Assembly: GCA_963821615.1 (NCBI GenBank)
Contig: CAWGEN010000012.1
Span: forward strand, 84,802-148,801
DNA length: 64,000 nt
Direction: 5' to 3'
DNA from: an uncultured Verrucomicrobiae bacterium
GTDB taxonomy: Bacteria; Verrucomicrobiota; Verrucomicrobiia; Chthoniobacterales; UBA10450
The notes beneath the pieces are model-generated. The model saw nothing but the letters and a program-made list of their open reading frames with translations, was not told the origin of the DNA and did no database searches. A program made the translations under genes and the position numbers. Positions 33,716-45,635 of the stretch are shown piece by piece (positions within the stretch are counted from its first letter, which is position 1; every line of letters begins with the position of its first letter).

Positions 33716-36584
33716 CTACCAGGATAGTTCGCCGTGCAGCGCGAGTCCCCGTTCCGTATCGGCCCGCTCAAATCCATTTCCACCCTCGGGCGGGACGGCC
33801 CGCAACAGCAATGGACTCGCCTTCACCGCGCCTGGTCCGAAAAAGTACGTCGTTTGGAAAGATGAAAAATGTCCAGGCTCCTCTGCCGTTATCGTTAGAC
33901 TGACGGATGGCGGCCAGGCTGTTCCCCTAACAAATGCTTGCTGTAAACGCGGCTGCCCTTCGCTCCTCCCTTCCCCCAGCACCCGAATGCTGGAAAGATC
34001 GGTGCCGTTATCGGGCCGACTCACCAACTCGATCGCGCCTTTCTGCGGCGTCAGGGTGAGTCCAAACACCGGCGGGCTGGTCGTTAGGCGACCCCGCAGC
34101 TGAATCGGCGTTGAATCGATCTCGAAATGGAGCGGGTCGATCAAGACCTCAGTGTTGCCGACGCGAACGTGTGCCTCGAGTTCGCTCAAATCCGGCCACG
34201 GTGGGGGCGGCTGAAAGCGTGCGTCCAGAAGGCTTGCTTCCCCGCTGATCGTGGGATTCTCCAACTTTCCGTTCCACGCGATCTTCCCCGTCACCAGTCC
34301 GCGTGCGGCGCCAAAGCGCCATTCGTTAGGCAAGGTCTCCAGGAAGAGCGCGGGGCAATCGAGAGTAACGGAAAACGGCTCCGCTCGGTCGAGCACCGTT
34401 CCCGCCTCCAATCGCTTCTTTTCCAGTCGCACGGGCAACGAGGCGCGCAAGGTAACCGGATTGGACATGCCGAAAAGTGCGGTAGCACTCGCTTCGATCC
34501 GAGCGTCGGCCAGTCGGCCATGAAAATCGACTGAGCTATTCGTCGGCTCCAACCCCGGACTTTCGAGACGGAAGGTCGTGGTCACCTGCAGCGCGCGCAG
34601 GAGGCCAAAGGCGGCGAGCTTGCCGTCAAGGATCCCAGTGGCATTCGATTTCTCTCCAAGCGCTCCGGCCAGCTGCAGCAAATCGAGGTGGTCTATCGCC
34701 AGATCCACGTCGAACTTCTGCTCTTCATCGAGCGCCGCGAGCACACTGCGGGAAGTGCGCCAACGTTCAAAGCTGAACGGCAAAAAGAGTGTGCCACCGA
34801 TTCGGCGCGCTCCGTCGAGGGCCAGTTCGAAGGCCTGGAGTTCAACAAAATTACTCCCAAGCATGAGGAAGCCACCTAACGAAAAGCGGTCGCTCGCCAG
34901 CTTGAAAGTGCGAAAGAACACATCCTGCGGCGAATAGCTGCCAACCAGAGTGACATCGAGCGGCATTCGCAGCGGGGCGACCGGCAGCTGCAAACCGTGC
35001 GCGAAAAACTGCACCGTGCCGGAATGCGCGGCCAGGGTTCCGTCGCCGCGCCAATCGAAGGTCGCGCCGCCGCCAATCTTCTCAAAACGCCAGGCCGCCG
35101 GGAGGAGCGGCACGTAAGCGCCCAGGTCGTTGATCGCGCCGGTCAGGCGCCCGGAGAAGCGATGGCCGGCCGTAAGCTCGAACGTGCCCTGCGCCCGCAG
35201 AAAATCCTCTGCGTGCCGCACTTCCAGATTCTCCAGCGTCGCCTCGCGGCCATGAAGCCGCAGAGAGGCCCCTAACGAATCGAGCGCCACGCCGCGAAAT
35301 GTTACTCCCTGCGCCGTGCCAGCACCAGTCGCCCCGAGGCTTCCGGGTCGACCGAGATCAAGTTCGCCCTCGGCCGACAAGCGCCCCGGAAAAATCGCCG
35401 GTCGTCGCGCCGAAAAACTGCGCGAAGCCGTTCAAGTCGGGAATGGTGGCATTGAGCTGCCCGCGGAAGGGCAGTTGAGCCCAACTCTTCAGTTTCTTCG
35501 GCCAGAGCAGTTCGCCGTTTACGGTCAGCTCGTTCTGGCGCTGTCGCACGTAGAGCTGATCGACCTCGAGGCGACGATCGTAGTAGGTCGCGCCGATCAT
35601 CACGTTATCTGCTCGCCGCGCGCGCCAGGCGAAGTCGGTCGCTTCCATCCAGATCGAAGCGGTCGCATCGAGAAACTCACCCGGGTTGCCGCGGAAGGTG
35701 AATTTCGAGGCGCGCACTGAACCGGTAATCGGCTCGAGGAAACCCACCGCGCCGCGAGATCTGGGCGAGCGAAATGTTGGAGGCCGAGCCCGCGACATCG
35801 ATCGCGAATTTCTCACCCGCCCGTCCCTCGAAACTGGCGCGCAAGCGTTCCGCCATAGGTATCGAGATGGAGATCGATCCCGAGGCGCCGTTTCGGCAGA
35901 TGCGAAAGGTCGATCGTGAGCGCCTCGAGATCGAGCCCGCGGGCGAGCGGGATGCCGGCGATCGTCAGGCGAGCCGCTCTCCCACGAGGTCGCGCCGCGG
36001 AGGTTGGCAAACGTCTGACGCAAGAGCGGCGAGGTGACAAGAATCTGCCGCGCAAGAAATTCGGCCGGATTCGATCGCGCTCGCCGTCAGGGACAACCCC
36101 GCGCAAGCTGAAGGCCGTCGTCGCGGTCGTGACATCGAGATCGAGGTTGTTGATCTGGAAATTGTCCGGAAGGAGCTGGGCCACAGCCGCCAATCCAGCT
36201 CTGACGGCGACCCGGGCCGTGCCCGGCACGCGGATGGTTCCGCGAGCCATCCACGTCGAGCCGATCGCAGGAGGCTGCGCGTGCTCTGCCGAAAATCCAG
36301 CCGCGAAAATTCAAATCGACGACGACGGTCGCGACGCGCAGCGAGACCTCGCGTCGCTGCGCGCTTTGCCGGGACCGACGGCAAGATTGCGAATCGTGAC
36401 CTCGCCGCAGAAAGGGCGCATCGATCCGCTCGATCTCCGCCGACAAGACCCTGCTGCTTCGCCGCCCACGAGACCCAGAAGCGGACGCCGTGCGCGACGA
36501 CAAAAGGCGCAAATAACGCGTCGAGCGCGCCGGCGAGCGAGCACGATGAGGAAGAAAGACGACGAGGCGTTTGCGAAACGACAT
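33716..36584 (-). CDS. Large AsmA/TamB-like outer-membrane biogenesis protein; many frame corrections in the N-terminal third
   Basis: ORF 33716..35380 (554 aa, beta-rich repetitive) chained with 35358..36023, 35813..36250, 35965..36384 and 36087..36872. The start MSFRKRLVVFL is at 36584. The family assignment comes from overall character only. Confidence 0.4.
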
Positions 36585-36613
36585 CAGCTTGGATGCCCGA
36601 CGCCTAACGATAC

Positions 36614-37381
36614 CTAACCGCGCGGCGTCGGCGCGGGAAAGATTGCACGCACCGGCTGTTGCGGGTGAAATTTTTCCAGCAACTCGCCGGGTGAACGTCT
36701 GCTCCGCTTCCGCGGGCAAGGCCGCCGCTCTCTCGACGCGCCAGCTGGGGCAGAGCCGCGAGCTGCGTCTGAATGTCATCCGGTGAAATCCGGTTCCACA
36801 ATCCGTTTTCGAGGGTGAGCACTTCCAGCTGCTGTTGCTCGACCGAAAGAATTTGGGCGTGCGGCAGCTCAATCAGGATTTCGTTGGGACTGCACGTTCA
36901 CGGTAAATTTTTTTCGCAGATCGAAGCCAGCTTTAACCAGGTAGGTCCCGTGCAGCTTGATCCGTTTGCGTGCTGCCGGCCCAGGAATGCAACATCTCGT
37001 GCTCGACCTCGACCCGGCGGGCGAGGACGGACAGTTCGGCGACGGTGGTCGTCTGCTCGAGGTAGACGCGATTGTTCACCGTCACCCGCGGTTGGAGGTG
37101 TGCGAGCTTGAACGAAAGTGTCCCGCGCCTTCGCGTCCGAGCCGCTCGAGCTCGGTCACGCTGCGGCCGACTGCTCGTCTCGGCCAGGTTTCCAGCCGAT
37201 AAAAAATGAAGGCCGCGAGGAGCGCGAGAATCGAGGAGATGAGGGCGGAAGCGAGCGGCCATCCCAGCCGCCACGGCGTCTTGTCCGCCGCGGGACGGTT
37301 CTGTTGCAACTCCATCAGCCCAAAAAAGTACCGCCCCCCACGCCCGAAGGACATGAAGGGCGGCTGTTCCCCCCAGAACAA
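36614..37381 (-). CDS. Membrane-anchored DUF4230-like protein; at least 3 frame corrections
   Basis: ORF 37082..37381 has a TM segment (LASALISSILALLAAFIFY). Hand-joined frames give LHGTYLVKAGFDL and IELPHAQILSVEQQ. The stop is TAG 36614-36616. Confidence 0.4.
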
Positions 37382-37484
37382 TCGTTCAAATCTGAGTTCG
37401 AAATAAGCGACCTAACCTGCGGCGTGCAAGAAAAATCTTTCGCGACCGGTGGGAAAAAGTTACAGCCTGCCCTAACCTTGCTCC

Positions 37485-38345
37485 GTGAAGCTCGGCGTGC
37501 GCTACGAAACCGCCTACCGCTACGCGCACGCCGGTCCATTTTTCGACGCACGAAATCCGGCTTTTCCCCCGGGGCGATGTCTTCACCCGGGTGCGCGGCT
37601 TGAAGTTCGAGACCAACGACGGCGCGCAGGTGCGCTTCGGTCGCGACGTCTTCGACAATTGCGTCGCCTCCTGCTCATTTTCCGCGCCGGCCGACTGAAT
37701 TGCGCTTCCAACTCGAACTGGATCTTGCTTTGGAAAAGAAAAATCCGTTCGATTTTTTGCTGACGAGCGAGGCGCTTACGCATGCCTTTCTCCTACGCCC
37801 GTGATTTGCGCCGGGTGCTCGCGCCTTTCCGGGAAACAGATGCGAGGCCGACCGCTGGAGATTCCGCGCTGGGAGCGACCGCGGCGCGACGCACCCCGGC
37901 CGACTGTCGACGACGCTGGTGGAACTAAATGAACGCCTGCACGAATGCGTCGGCTACGAGCGACGCGAAGAAGGGCCGGCGCGCCCGCCGGCAGAGACGC
38001 TCCGCCTCGGCCGCGGGGCCTGTCGCGACGTCGCGCTGCTCCTCGCGGCCGATTCTCCGGCAATACGGGCTGGCCGCACGCCTAACGAGCGGATATTTGC
38101 GCGAAGCGGAGTCGGAATCGCGCCGCGCGGAAGGCTCGCTTGCATGCCTGGACCGAAGTCTATCTGCCCGGGGCGGGCTGGGTCGGGATGGACGCGACCA
38201 ACGGCATTTTTTCCAACCACAATTTTATCGCCGCCGCCGTCGGGATTGACCCGGCGCGATGTGACGCCGATCGATGGCAGCTTCTATCCGCGACAGGCAA
38301 CCGCCGCCGCAGATGACGAGCCGGCTGGAACTCGTTAGTCTGTGA
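37485..38345 (+). CDS. Transglutaminase-family protein with a bacterial transglutaminase N-terminal domain; at least 3 frame corrections
   Basis: [11 protein letters not shown] at the start. The core reads [22 protein letters not shown] and [21 protein letters not shown] (Cys/His/Asp triad context). Confidence 0.7.
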
Positions 38346-38354
38346 GGCCGCGTG

Positions 38355-39387
38355 ATGCTTCGCGATCTGCAACTGCGGAACTTTCGCTGCTTCGAGTCGA
38401 TCGCAGTCGAATTCTCCCCCGGCTTTAATTTCATCGTCGGCGCGAATGGGCAGGGAAAAACGACGCTCCTGGAAGCGGCCTGCGTTCTCGCTGCGCTTGC
38501 AATCGCAGCGCACACTCGAGTCTCGCGCCCGCGCTGCGCGTCGGGCAGCGGTCGTTCGTCGTCTCCGGCCACGCGGACAAACATCTCCTGCAGTTCTATT
38601 ACAGCGCGCTTCGGCGCAAGGTGGCCTTCGACGGCGTCGAGCAACGCGATCCGGCGGAATATCTGCGCCTCGTCAGGGTGGTTTCGTTCGCCAATCACGA
38701 CCTCGAACTTGATCCGCGGTCCGGCGGAGACTGCGGCGGCGCTATCTCGACTTTGTCGGAAGCCAGGTGGAGGCGCGTTATCGACCGGCCTTGCGTGCCT
38801 ACGAGCGCGCGCTCCGCTCGCGCAATGCGCTTCTGAAATCGCCGCAGCCGCGACCGCGTGAGCTGGCGGCTTATACCGAACCGCTGGTGCGCGCGGGCAC
38901 CTTGTTGCGCGAGATGCGGGCGGCGCTCGTCGGGCGGCTGGCGCCGTTCGCGGAAGCGAGCCAGCGCGCGATCAGCGGCAGACCAGGAAACTCTCGGGCT
39001 TCGAATACGCGCCGGGCAGCGAGGACGATTTCGCGGCGCACCTCGAGCGCACGCGAGCGAAGGAAGAACGCCTGCGTCTCACGACGGTCGGACCGCATCG
39101 GGACGACCTGCGGTTGCAGGTGCAGGCGATGCCGGCGGCACAATTTGCTTCCGAGGGCCAGCAGCGCACGATCGCGCTCGCCCTAAAGCTGGCGCAGGCG
39201 CGGGTTTTCACGGAAGAAACGGCGATCGCGACCGCTGCTCTTGATTGACGACATCTTTGGCGAACTGGATCCCGCGCGGCGGAACGCGCTCCTCGCTCAT
39301 TTGCCTAACGATTCGCAAAAGCTCGTGACCGCGACCGCGCTCGATTGGCGCGAGGGCGAATGGGAAGGCCCAGTGCTGCGCCTGTAG
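38355..39387 (+). CDS. recF: DNA replication and repair protein RecF; at least 4 frame corrections
   Basis: LRNFRCFESIAVEFSPGFNFIVGANGQGKTTLLEA (Walker A); HRDDLRLQV...FASEGQQRTIALALKLAQ; LLLIDDIFGELD. Confidence 0.85.
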
Positions 39388-39525
39388 ACGCTTCGCTCTG
39401 CAGCGCGGGCCAAGGCGTGATCCTGACAGGATGCTGCTTTCACCCAGTGCATTCCCCCGCGCCGTCCACGCGAGAGTGCGGCGTCTACAACTTGCAGAGC
39501 TGCCCGGCGCGTCTTCTATTTTCTC

Positions 39526-40088
39526 ATGCGCCACCAGCCGGGCAAGCCGCAGACCTTCGCCGGTCAACTGCTCGTCGCCCATCCCGAACATGCTCGACCC
39601 GAATTTTCGGCGCAGCGTGCTTCTTATTTCGTCGCATGAACCCGAGGAGGGCGCGACGGGCGTGATCATCAACCGCCCGCTCGACAAGCACGTCTCTGAA
39701 TTGGTCACCGATCCGGCGCCAGGCGCGCTTGCCGATGTGCCCGGTCTTTCTCGGCGGCCCGGTGGCGACGAACCAGCTAATGTTCGCGGCGTTTGATTGG
39801 GAGGGGCGCGATTCGCTCAGCCTGAATCAGAACGTCGCGCTTGAGGAAGCGCATCAGCTCGTCGGAACGAGATCACGAACGCGGTCCGGGCTTTTGTCGG
39901 TTACGCCGGCTGGACGGCGGGTCAGCTGGAGAGTGAGTTGCGCCAGAATGCCTGGGTCCTGCAAAAGCCCAGCCGGGCCGCGCTCGAAACCGGAGCGATT
40001 GCCACGACTTTGGTTCGAGATCATGCGCAGTCTCGGGCCCTGGTTCAAAATGCTCTCCGCGGCGCCGGATGATCCGTCTTTGAACTAG
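39526..40088 (+). CDS. YqgE/AlgH-family protein (UPF0301); 2-3 frame corrections
   Basis: GQLLVAHPNMLDPNFRRSVLLISSHEPEEGATGVIINRPL; VFLGGPV; GYAGWTAGQLESEL. Confidence 0.7.
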
Positions 40089-40124
40089 CTTCGCGCGCTT
40101 TTCAGTGCGAAGCAGTGGGAAAAC

Positions 40125-41255
40125 ATGATCATCGGCATCCCGAAAGAGATTAAGCAGCAGGAGAATCGCGTCAGCCTGCTGCCTTCCGCAGCCTATCAGC
40201 TTGCCAAACGCGGCCACACCGTCCTCGTGGAAAAAAGTGCCGGCGTCGGGACCGGTTATCCCGACTCCGATTACATCGCAGCCGGAGCGAAGATTATCGA
40301 CAACGCGCGCGATCTTTTCCAGCAGGCCGAGATGATCGTGAAAGTGAAGGAGCCGCTCCCGGCGGAATACGAGCTCCTGCGCAAGGGACAAATCCTGTTC
40401 ACTTACCTGCACCTGGCGGCGAGCCGACCGCTCACGGAGGCGCTCTTGAAATCCGGCGTGACCGGAGTGGCCTACGAGACGATCCAGGTAGGCAACCGCC
40501 TGCCGTTGCTCGAACCGATGAGCGAGATCGCCGGGCGTATGTCGGTCGTGATGGGCGCCTATTTTCTGGCGAAGCACAACGGCGGCAACGGCGTCCTGCT
40601 TGGCGGTGTGCCGGGCGTGTTGCCCGGCAGGGTGGTGGTGCTCGGCGGCGGAACTTCGGGTGTGAATGCCGCACGCATGGCCACTGGCCTCGGCGCCGAC
40701 GTGACGATTCTCGAAGTGGATCTCGAACGGATGCGATTTCTCGATATCACGATGCACGGGGCGCACACGCTTTATTCGAGCGAAGCGCATTTGCAGGAAT
40801 TGATGCCGTCGGTTGATCTGCTCATCGGCGCGGTGCTCGTTCCCGGAGCCAAGGCGCCAAAGCTCATCACGCGCGAAATGTTGCGCCAGATGCGGCCGGG
40901 CAGCGTGGTCGTCGATATCGCGATCGACCAGGGCGGCTGCGTGGAAACCTCGCGCCCGACGACCCATCTCGACCCGGTCTATCGTCGAAGAAGGCGTCAT
41001 TCATTACTGCGTCGCCAACATGCCCGCGGCCTACGCGCGCACCGCGACGCAGGCGCTGACCAATATCACTTATCGCTATGTCGAGTTGCTCGCCGATCTC
41101 GGTTTGAAGGAAGCCTGCGAACGCCAGCCAGCCCTGATCGGTGGAATCAATACGATGGATGGACGGCTCACTCATCGCGCCGTCGCCGAAGCCCACGGGA
41201 TGGAATTCGAACCGCCGTTTCAACCCAACGGCGCGGCGGCGCATTTCCTTCTTAG
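40125..41255 (+). CDS. ald: Alanine dehydrogenase; 1 frame correction near 40985; exact stop uncertain
   Basis: [18 protein letters not shown]; [17 protein letters not shown]; [16 protein letters not shown] (ORFs 40125..41255 and 40813..41337). Confidence 0.85.
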   Translation: MIIGIPKEIKQQENRVSLLPSAAYQLAKRGHTVLVEKSAGVGTGYPDSDYIAAGAKIIDNARDLFQQAEMIVKVKEPLPAEYELLRKGQILFTYLHLAASRPLTEALLKSGVTGVAYETIQVGNRLPLLEPMSEIAGRMSVVMGAYFLAKHNGGNGVLLGGVPGVLPGRVVVLGGGTSGVNAARMATGLGADVTILEVDLERMRFLDITMHGAHTLYSSEAHLQELMPSVDLLIGAVLVPGAKAPKLITREMLRQMRPGSVVVDIAIDQGGCVETSRPTTHLDPVYRRRRRHSLLRRQHARGLRAHRDAGADQYHLSLCRVARRSRFEGSLRTPASPDRWNQYDGWTAHSSRRRRSPRDGIRTAVSTQRRGGAFPS

Positions 41256-41364
41256 ACGGGGATTTTCATCGCGACTGCGTCAAAAAATAAAAATGCCGCA
41301 GGGCCGAAAACTTCGCTTGCTCCGAATCAATAGTTAACCCAACATGGGCCCTCATCCATAACCT

Positions 41365-41630
41365 ATGAAGAAATATATCTGCATCCTGGCTAGCGCTGCG
41401 CTCCTCGTAGCGTGCGAACAAAAAACCGAAACCGCGGCTCCGGCCGCTTCACCCGCTGAGACGACCGAGAGCGCCGACAACCCCGGCGACCTCCGACAGA
41501 GACGACTCCCGACCACCGAGAGCACCGTGCTCCAGCGGAATCGGCTCCGATGGAGTCTATGACTCCGGCTGCCACCGAAGGCGGCACCACGGACACGACG
41601 ACAACGACCGAAGCCTCGCCGACTCCTTAA
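41365..41630 (+). CDS. Small lipoprotein with a low-complexity Thr/Pro/Ala-rich body; at least 1 frame correction
   Basis: The lipobox reads MKKYICILASAALLVAC. The tail TPAATEGGTTDTTTTTEASPTP ends at TAA 41628-41630. Confidence 0.5.
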
Positions 41631-41650
41631 TTCAAGTTTCACTTCCAACG

Positions 41651-41687
41651 CAAAATCTTCCCCAGGTCGAACGCCAGGGAAGATTTT
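41651..41687. terminator. Bidirectional intrinsic-terminator-like hairpin between convergent genes
   Basis: An 11-bp stem AAAATCTTCCC/GGGAAGATTTT with a 14-nt loop. T runs flank the stem on both strands. Confidence 0.5.
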
Positions 41688-41845
41688 TGCTGTACAGAAG
41701 CCACCAGTAGCGAACGCCGCGCCGCCGCTCGTGGCAGGTCGGTCTGCAGAACGAGTGTCGCCACGATATCTGGTTCCCGCAGCGCGGCAGGCAAAGCCGG
41801 CGACACAGTCATCGCGACTAACGAGCGCAGCACTTGGGGTGTCGC

Positions 41846-42393
41846 TCAGGAACGCGTAGTCCTCAACTTCGACCGCCCGACGGACGATGCGATCTTCTTC
41901 TCCCGCGAGCTGCGCGATCCCGTCCGGGTCAGGCGAAAGATCGTCCATTCGTCGTTAGGCCGGGCGCCCAGCTTGCGGTAAAACTCGATCGCCGGCTCAT
42001 TCCAATCGAGCACCGCCCATTCCATCCGGCCGCAATCACGCTCCCGGGCAATTTGGGCCAGGCGGACGAGAAGCGCGCGGCCGTAGCCCTTGCCGCGCAG
42101 CTTTGGCCTAACGAAAAGATCCTCGAGATAAAGTCCGCGCCGCCCCAGCCAGGTGGAGAAGTTGTGAAAGAAAAGGGCGAAGCAAACCGGCTCTCCGGCC
42201 TCCTCGCCGAGCAAGACCTCGGCCGCCGGATGCGCACCAAAGAGGTTTTCCCGCAACTGATCCTCGGTCGCCACGACTTCGTGCGGCGCCCGTTCGTACT
42301 CCGCCAGGTCGCGAATAAGCGCAAGGATAGCCGGCACATCGCCGGTTGCGCCGGGCGAATCTGAAAATCGGATTTAGTTTTCTGCAAGACCAT
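41846..42393 (-). CDS. GNAT-family N-acetyltransferase; about 2 frame corrections; ends uncertain
   Basis: ORF 41846..42337 reads LYLEDLFVRPKLRGKGYGRALL...FYRKLGA. The N-terminus lies in ORF 41929..42393. Confidence 0.7.
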
Positions 42394-42524
42394 TGATCGG
42401 TCTTGGTTGGTCGCCTATTCCTGCGTCTCCGTCATGCGAAAAAAGCACGATTCTCGAAATGCCTTGTGAGCAGTGGCGAGCGCGCTAGGAATACGCGTGA
42501 TGCGTCGATGGAGGTTGCCTCGAT

Positions 42525-43031
42525 ATGAACCCGAAGGTCCTTGAAACCGAAAGATTGATCCTCCGGCGACAGACGATCGAGGACGCCGGCTTCCTCCTCG
42601 AGCTGATGAATGAGTCTGGCTTTATCAAGTACGTCGCGGATCGCGGCCTTCGCACGACTGCAGACGCCGCGGATTACCTTCGGGAGAAGATTTTTCCGAG
42701 CTATGAGAAGTTTGGCTTCGGTTTTTACCGCGTGGAATTGAAAGAATCCGGGACGCCGGTGGGGATTTGCGGACTGGTGAAACGGGAAACGCTGGATGCG
42801 GTGGACGTGGGCTTTTCCATCCTCGAGAGGTATTGCGGGAAAGGCTATGCTTTCGAGGCGGCCGCCGCGGTCATGGACTACGGGCGGACCGTACTCGGTC
42901 TGCATGAGATCGTCGGCGTTACCGCACCCGACAACCGTGTCTCAATCCGGTTGCTTGAAAAGCTTGGACTGCGGTTTCAGCGCAAGATTCATCTTCCGGG
43001 GTACGGACCGGAAAGCCTGCTCTTCGGTTAG
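42525..43031 (+). CDS. GNAT-family acetyltransferase (RimJ/RimL-like)
   Basis: Intact 168-aa ORF: TERLILRR...GFGFYRVELKESGTPVGICGL...GKGYAFEAA...NRVSIRLLEKLG. Confidence 0.75.
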   Translation: MNPKVLETERLILRRQTIEDAGFLLELMNESGFIKYVADRGLRTTADAADYLREKIFPSYEKFGFGFYRVELKESGTPVGICGLVKRETLDAVDVGFSILERYCGKGYAFEAAAAVMDYGRTVLGLHEIVGVTAPDNRVSIRLLEKLGLRFQRKIHLPGYGPESLLFG

Positions 43032-43128
43032 CGCCTTGGCTACACCCGCGCGCTCCCGCAAAACATCAGTGCCTGGGACAGCCGAGACAGCCCACCCAGG
43101 CTCTTGATCATTAGACCGGTAACCTGTG

Positions 43129-44592
43129 TCATCTTGCGATGCAGATGTTCTTCGGTTCGGTGAAGAAGCGGAGCGCTTCGTCGCCGCCTTCGCGGCCGAC
43201 GCCGCTTTGTTTCATCCCGCCGAACGGGACGCGCAGGTCGCGCACCAGCCAGCAGTTCACCCAGACGGTGCCGGTGTGAATTTGTTCCGCGACGCGGTGG
43301 GCGCGATTCAGGTTCTGCGTCCAGACGCTGGAGGCGAGGCCGTATTCGGTGTCGTTGGCGTAGCCGATGACTTCCTCTTCGCTGGTCGAACGGCGTGATC
43401 GTGACGACCGGGCCGAAGATCTCTTCGCGATTGACGCGGCAACCGACCGGCAGGCCGGTGATCACCGTCGGCGGAAAGAAATAACCGCCACTGCAGCGAT
43501 CGTTAGGCGGCGGGGGCGCGGAACCGCCGAGCGCGATCTGGCCGCCCTCCTCTCGCGCGAGCTCGACGTAGAACTTTACCTTCTCGAGCTGCGTCTGCGA
43601 AACAATCGCGCCCTGGTCGGTCGTTGCTTCGAGCGGATCGCCCACCCTGAGCTGCGCCGTTCGTTCGACAAATCGCCTAACGAATTCGTGATAAGCCGGT
43701 CGCTCGACGAAGACACGCGAGCCACAGAGGCAGACCTGGCCTTGATTGGCGAAGGACGAGCGCACGCTGCCGGCGATGGCCGCGTCCAGGTCGGCGTCGG
43801 CGAAAATGATGTTCGGGTTTTTTCCGCCCAAGTTCGAGCGACACTTTCTTAAAGAGCGGCGCGCCCGCTTCCGCCACCTTGCGTCCGGTCACTGTCCCGC
43901 CCGTAAATGAAATCGTGCCGATCTTCGGGTGCGCGGTGATCGCCGCGCCGACATTCGGCCCGGTGCCGTGCACGATGTTGAGGACGCCGTTAGGCAGACC
44001 AGCTTCGCCGACAGATCTCGCCCAGCAAGAAGCCGGTCATCGGCGTCAGCTCGCTCGGTTTCGCAACGGCCGTATTGCCGACCGCGATGGCGGGCGCGAT
44101 TTTCCAGCTGAGCAAATAGAGCGGCAGGTTCCAGGGCGAGATGAGACCGACGATGCCGCGCGGCTGGCGCAGCGTGTAGTTGAAGGCGACGCCGTCCGTC
44201 ATGTGCGCTTCGTTCTCGGTGTGTAGGATCGCGGTTGCAAAGAAGCGGAAATTGCTCGAGGCGCGCGGAATGTCGAGGCTGCGGGCGAGCGAGAGCGGTT
44301 TGCCGGTATCGATCGATTCCGCGCGGGCGAATTTCTCGAGATCGCGATCGATCAGATCGGCGATGCGCAGGAGAATGCGCGAGCGTTCGGCCGCGGGCGT
44401 GCGTGACCATGCGGGAAACGCTTTCTCCGCCGCGGCAACCGCCAGTTCGACATCGCGGCTGTCGCTGTCGGGCACTTGCGAATACGGCTTGCCGGTCGCC
44501 GGCTCGATGTTGTCGAGATATTTGCCGCCGATCGGCGCAACGAATTGGCCGTCGATGAAGTTCTGAATCTTGTCGAGCTGAGTCGTACGCAT
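43129..44592 (-). CDS. NAD(P)-dependent aldehyde dehydrogenase; at least 3 frame corrections
   Basis: ORFs 43990..44592, 43677..43973 and 43040..43831 give FTGGTVTGRKV, ELGGKNPNIIF and QGQVCLCGSRVFV (catalytic Cys). The restored end GREGG...PKNICIAR precedes TGA 43129-43131. Confidence 0.85.
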
Positions 44593-44601
44593 GGAATGGC
44601 A

Positions 44602-45635
44602 CTATAACGATTGCCGCAAAACGCGCAGCCAGTTGCCGCGCAGAATTTTCTCAATCTGTTCGTCGCTAAAACCGCGCTCGATCAACTTTCGTGTCAGGTT
44701 GCGGGCGTGGGCATGGTTGCCCAGGTCCGGGAGGTAATGCGGCTTGGTGAGCTTGGCTTCCAGCTTCTCGCGTTCGGCGGCCGGCAGCAGCGCCGAGCAG
44801 GAGTTCGCAGAAGTCGAAACCGATCGCCACGCCATCAATTCCGATGAGATTCGCCACGTGTTCGATGTGATCGACATAACGATCGAGCGTCGCCTCTTCC
44901 TTCTTCGCGCTGACGAGAATCGCGTTGATCCCGATGACGCCGCCGCGCGCGCCGATCATCTTGATCTGGTCGTCGCTGATGTTGCGTTCGATGTCGTAAA
45001 AGTGGCGCGCGTTGGTGTGGGAAACGATCAGCGGCTTCGTGCGTTAGCGCGCAGATTTCCTCAAAGCCGGCGGGATTGATATGCGCGAGATCGAGAATGA
45101 TCCCGAGGCGCTCGCATTCCTGCACCAACTCGCGGCCGAAGGTCGTTAGGCCGGTGGAGGGTGAGCCGCTGGCGGCAAAAATTCCGCCGGCCGCGGCGGC
45201 GTTTGTCCTCGCATGGGTGAGCGAGATGGCGCGCAGTCCCAGCTCATGAAAGATTTGCAGCAGGTTAAGATCGTCGCCCAATGGCTCCGCCCCTTCCATC
45301 GTGAGGAGAAGCGCGATTCGACCTGCGACCCGGGCCTGCTCGATTTCCGCAAATGTCTTGCAGAGCACGAGACGAGGCGTGGCTTCCAGTTCCGCCTTGA
45401 GCAGGGCTACCTGATCGAGCGCGACGCGCAGTGATTGGTCGGGCACGTATTGGTCCTCGACGTAAAGCGCGACGCCGAGCACTCCGATGTCGCCAGCCTC
45501 AAACTCCGGCAGGAAATCCGGCGCGATGATGTTCCGGCGCGGGCGACTCAAAAAGAGAATCAGCGGCAGATCGAAGTGCAGATCAATCAAGCCGCCGGTA
45601 TGGAGCCGCGAGATTCTTTCCTCAGCCGTGTTCAT
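44602..45635 (-). CDS. M19-family membrane dipeptidase; 2-3 frame corrections
   Basis: IDLHFDLP; LLLTMEGAEPL; ISLTHARTN; ILDLAHINPAGF; SHTNARHF (restored frame); IGIDGVAIGFDF. Confidence 0.75.

Noticed and set aside
21702-35278. CCCTAA-containing variants as telomere-like repeats
   Set aside because: They are single, non-tandem occurrences that are simply first-base variants of the 9-mer (CCCTAACGA).
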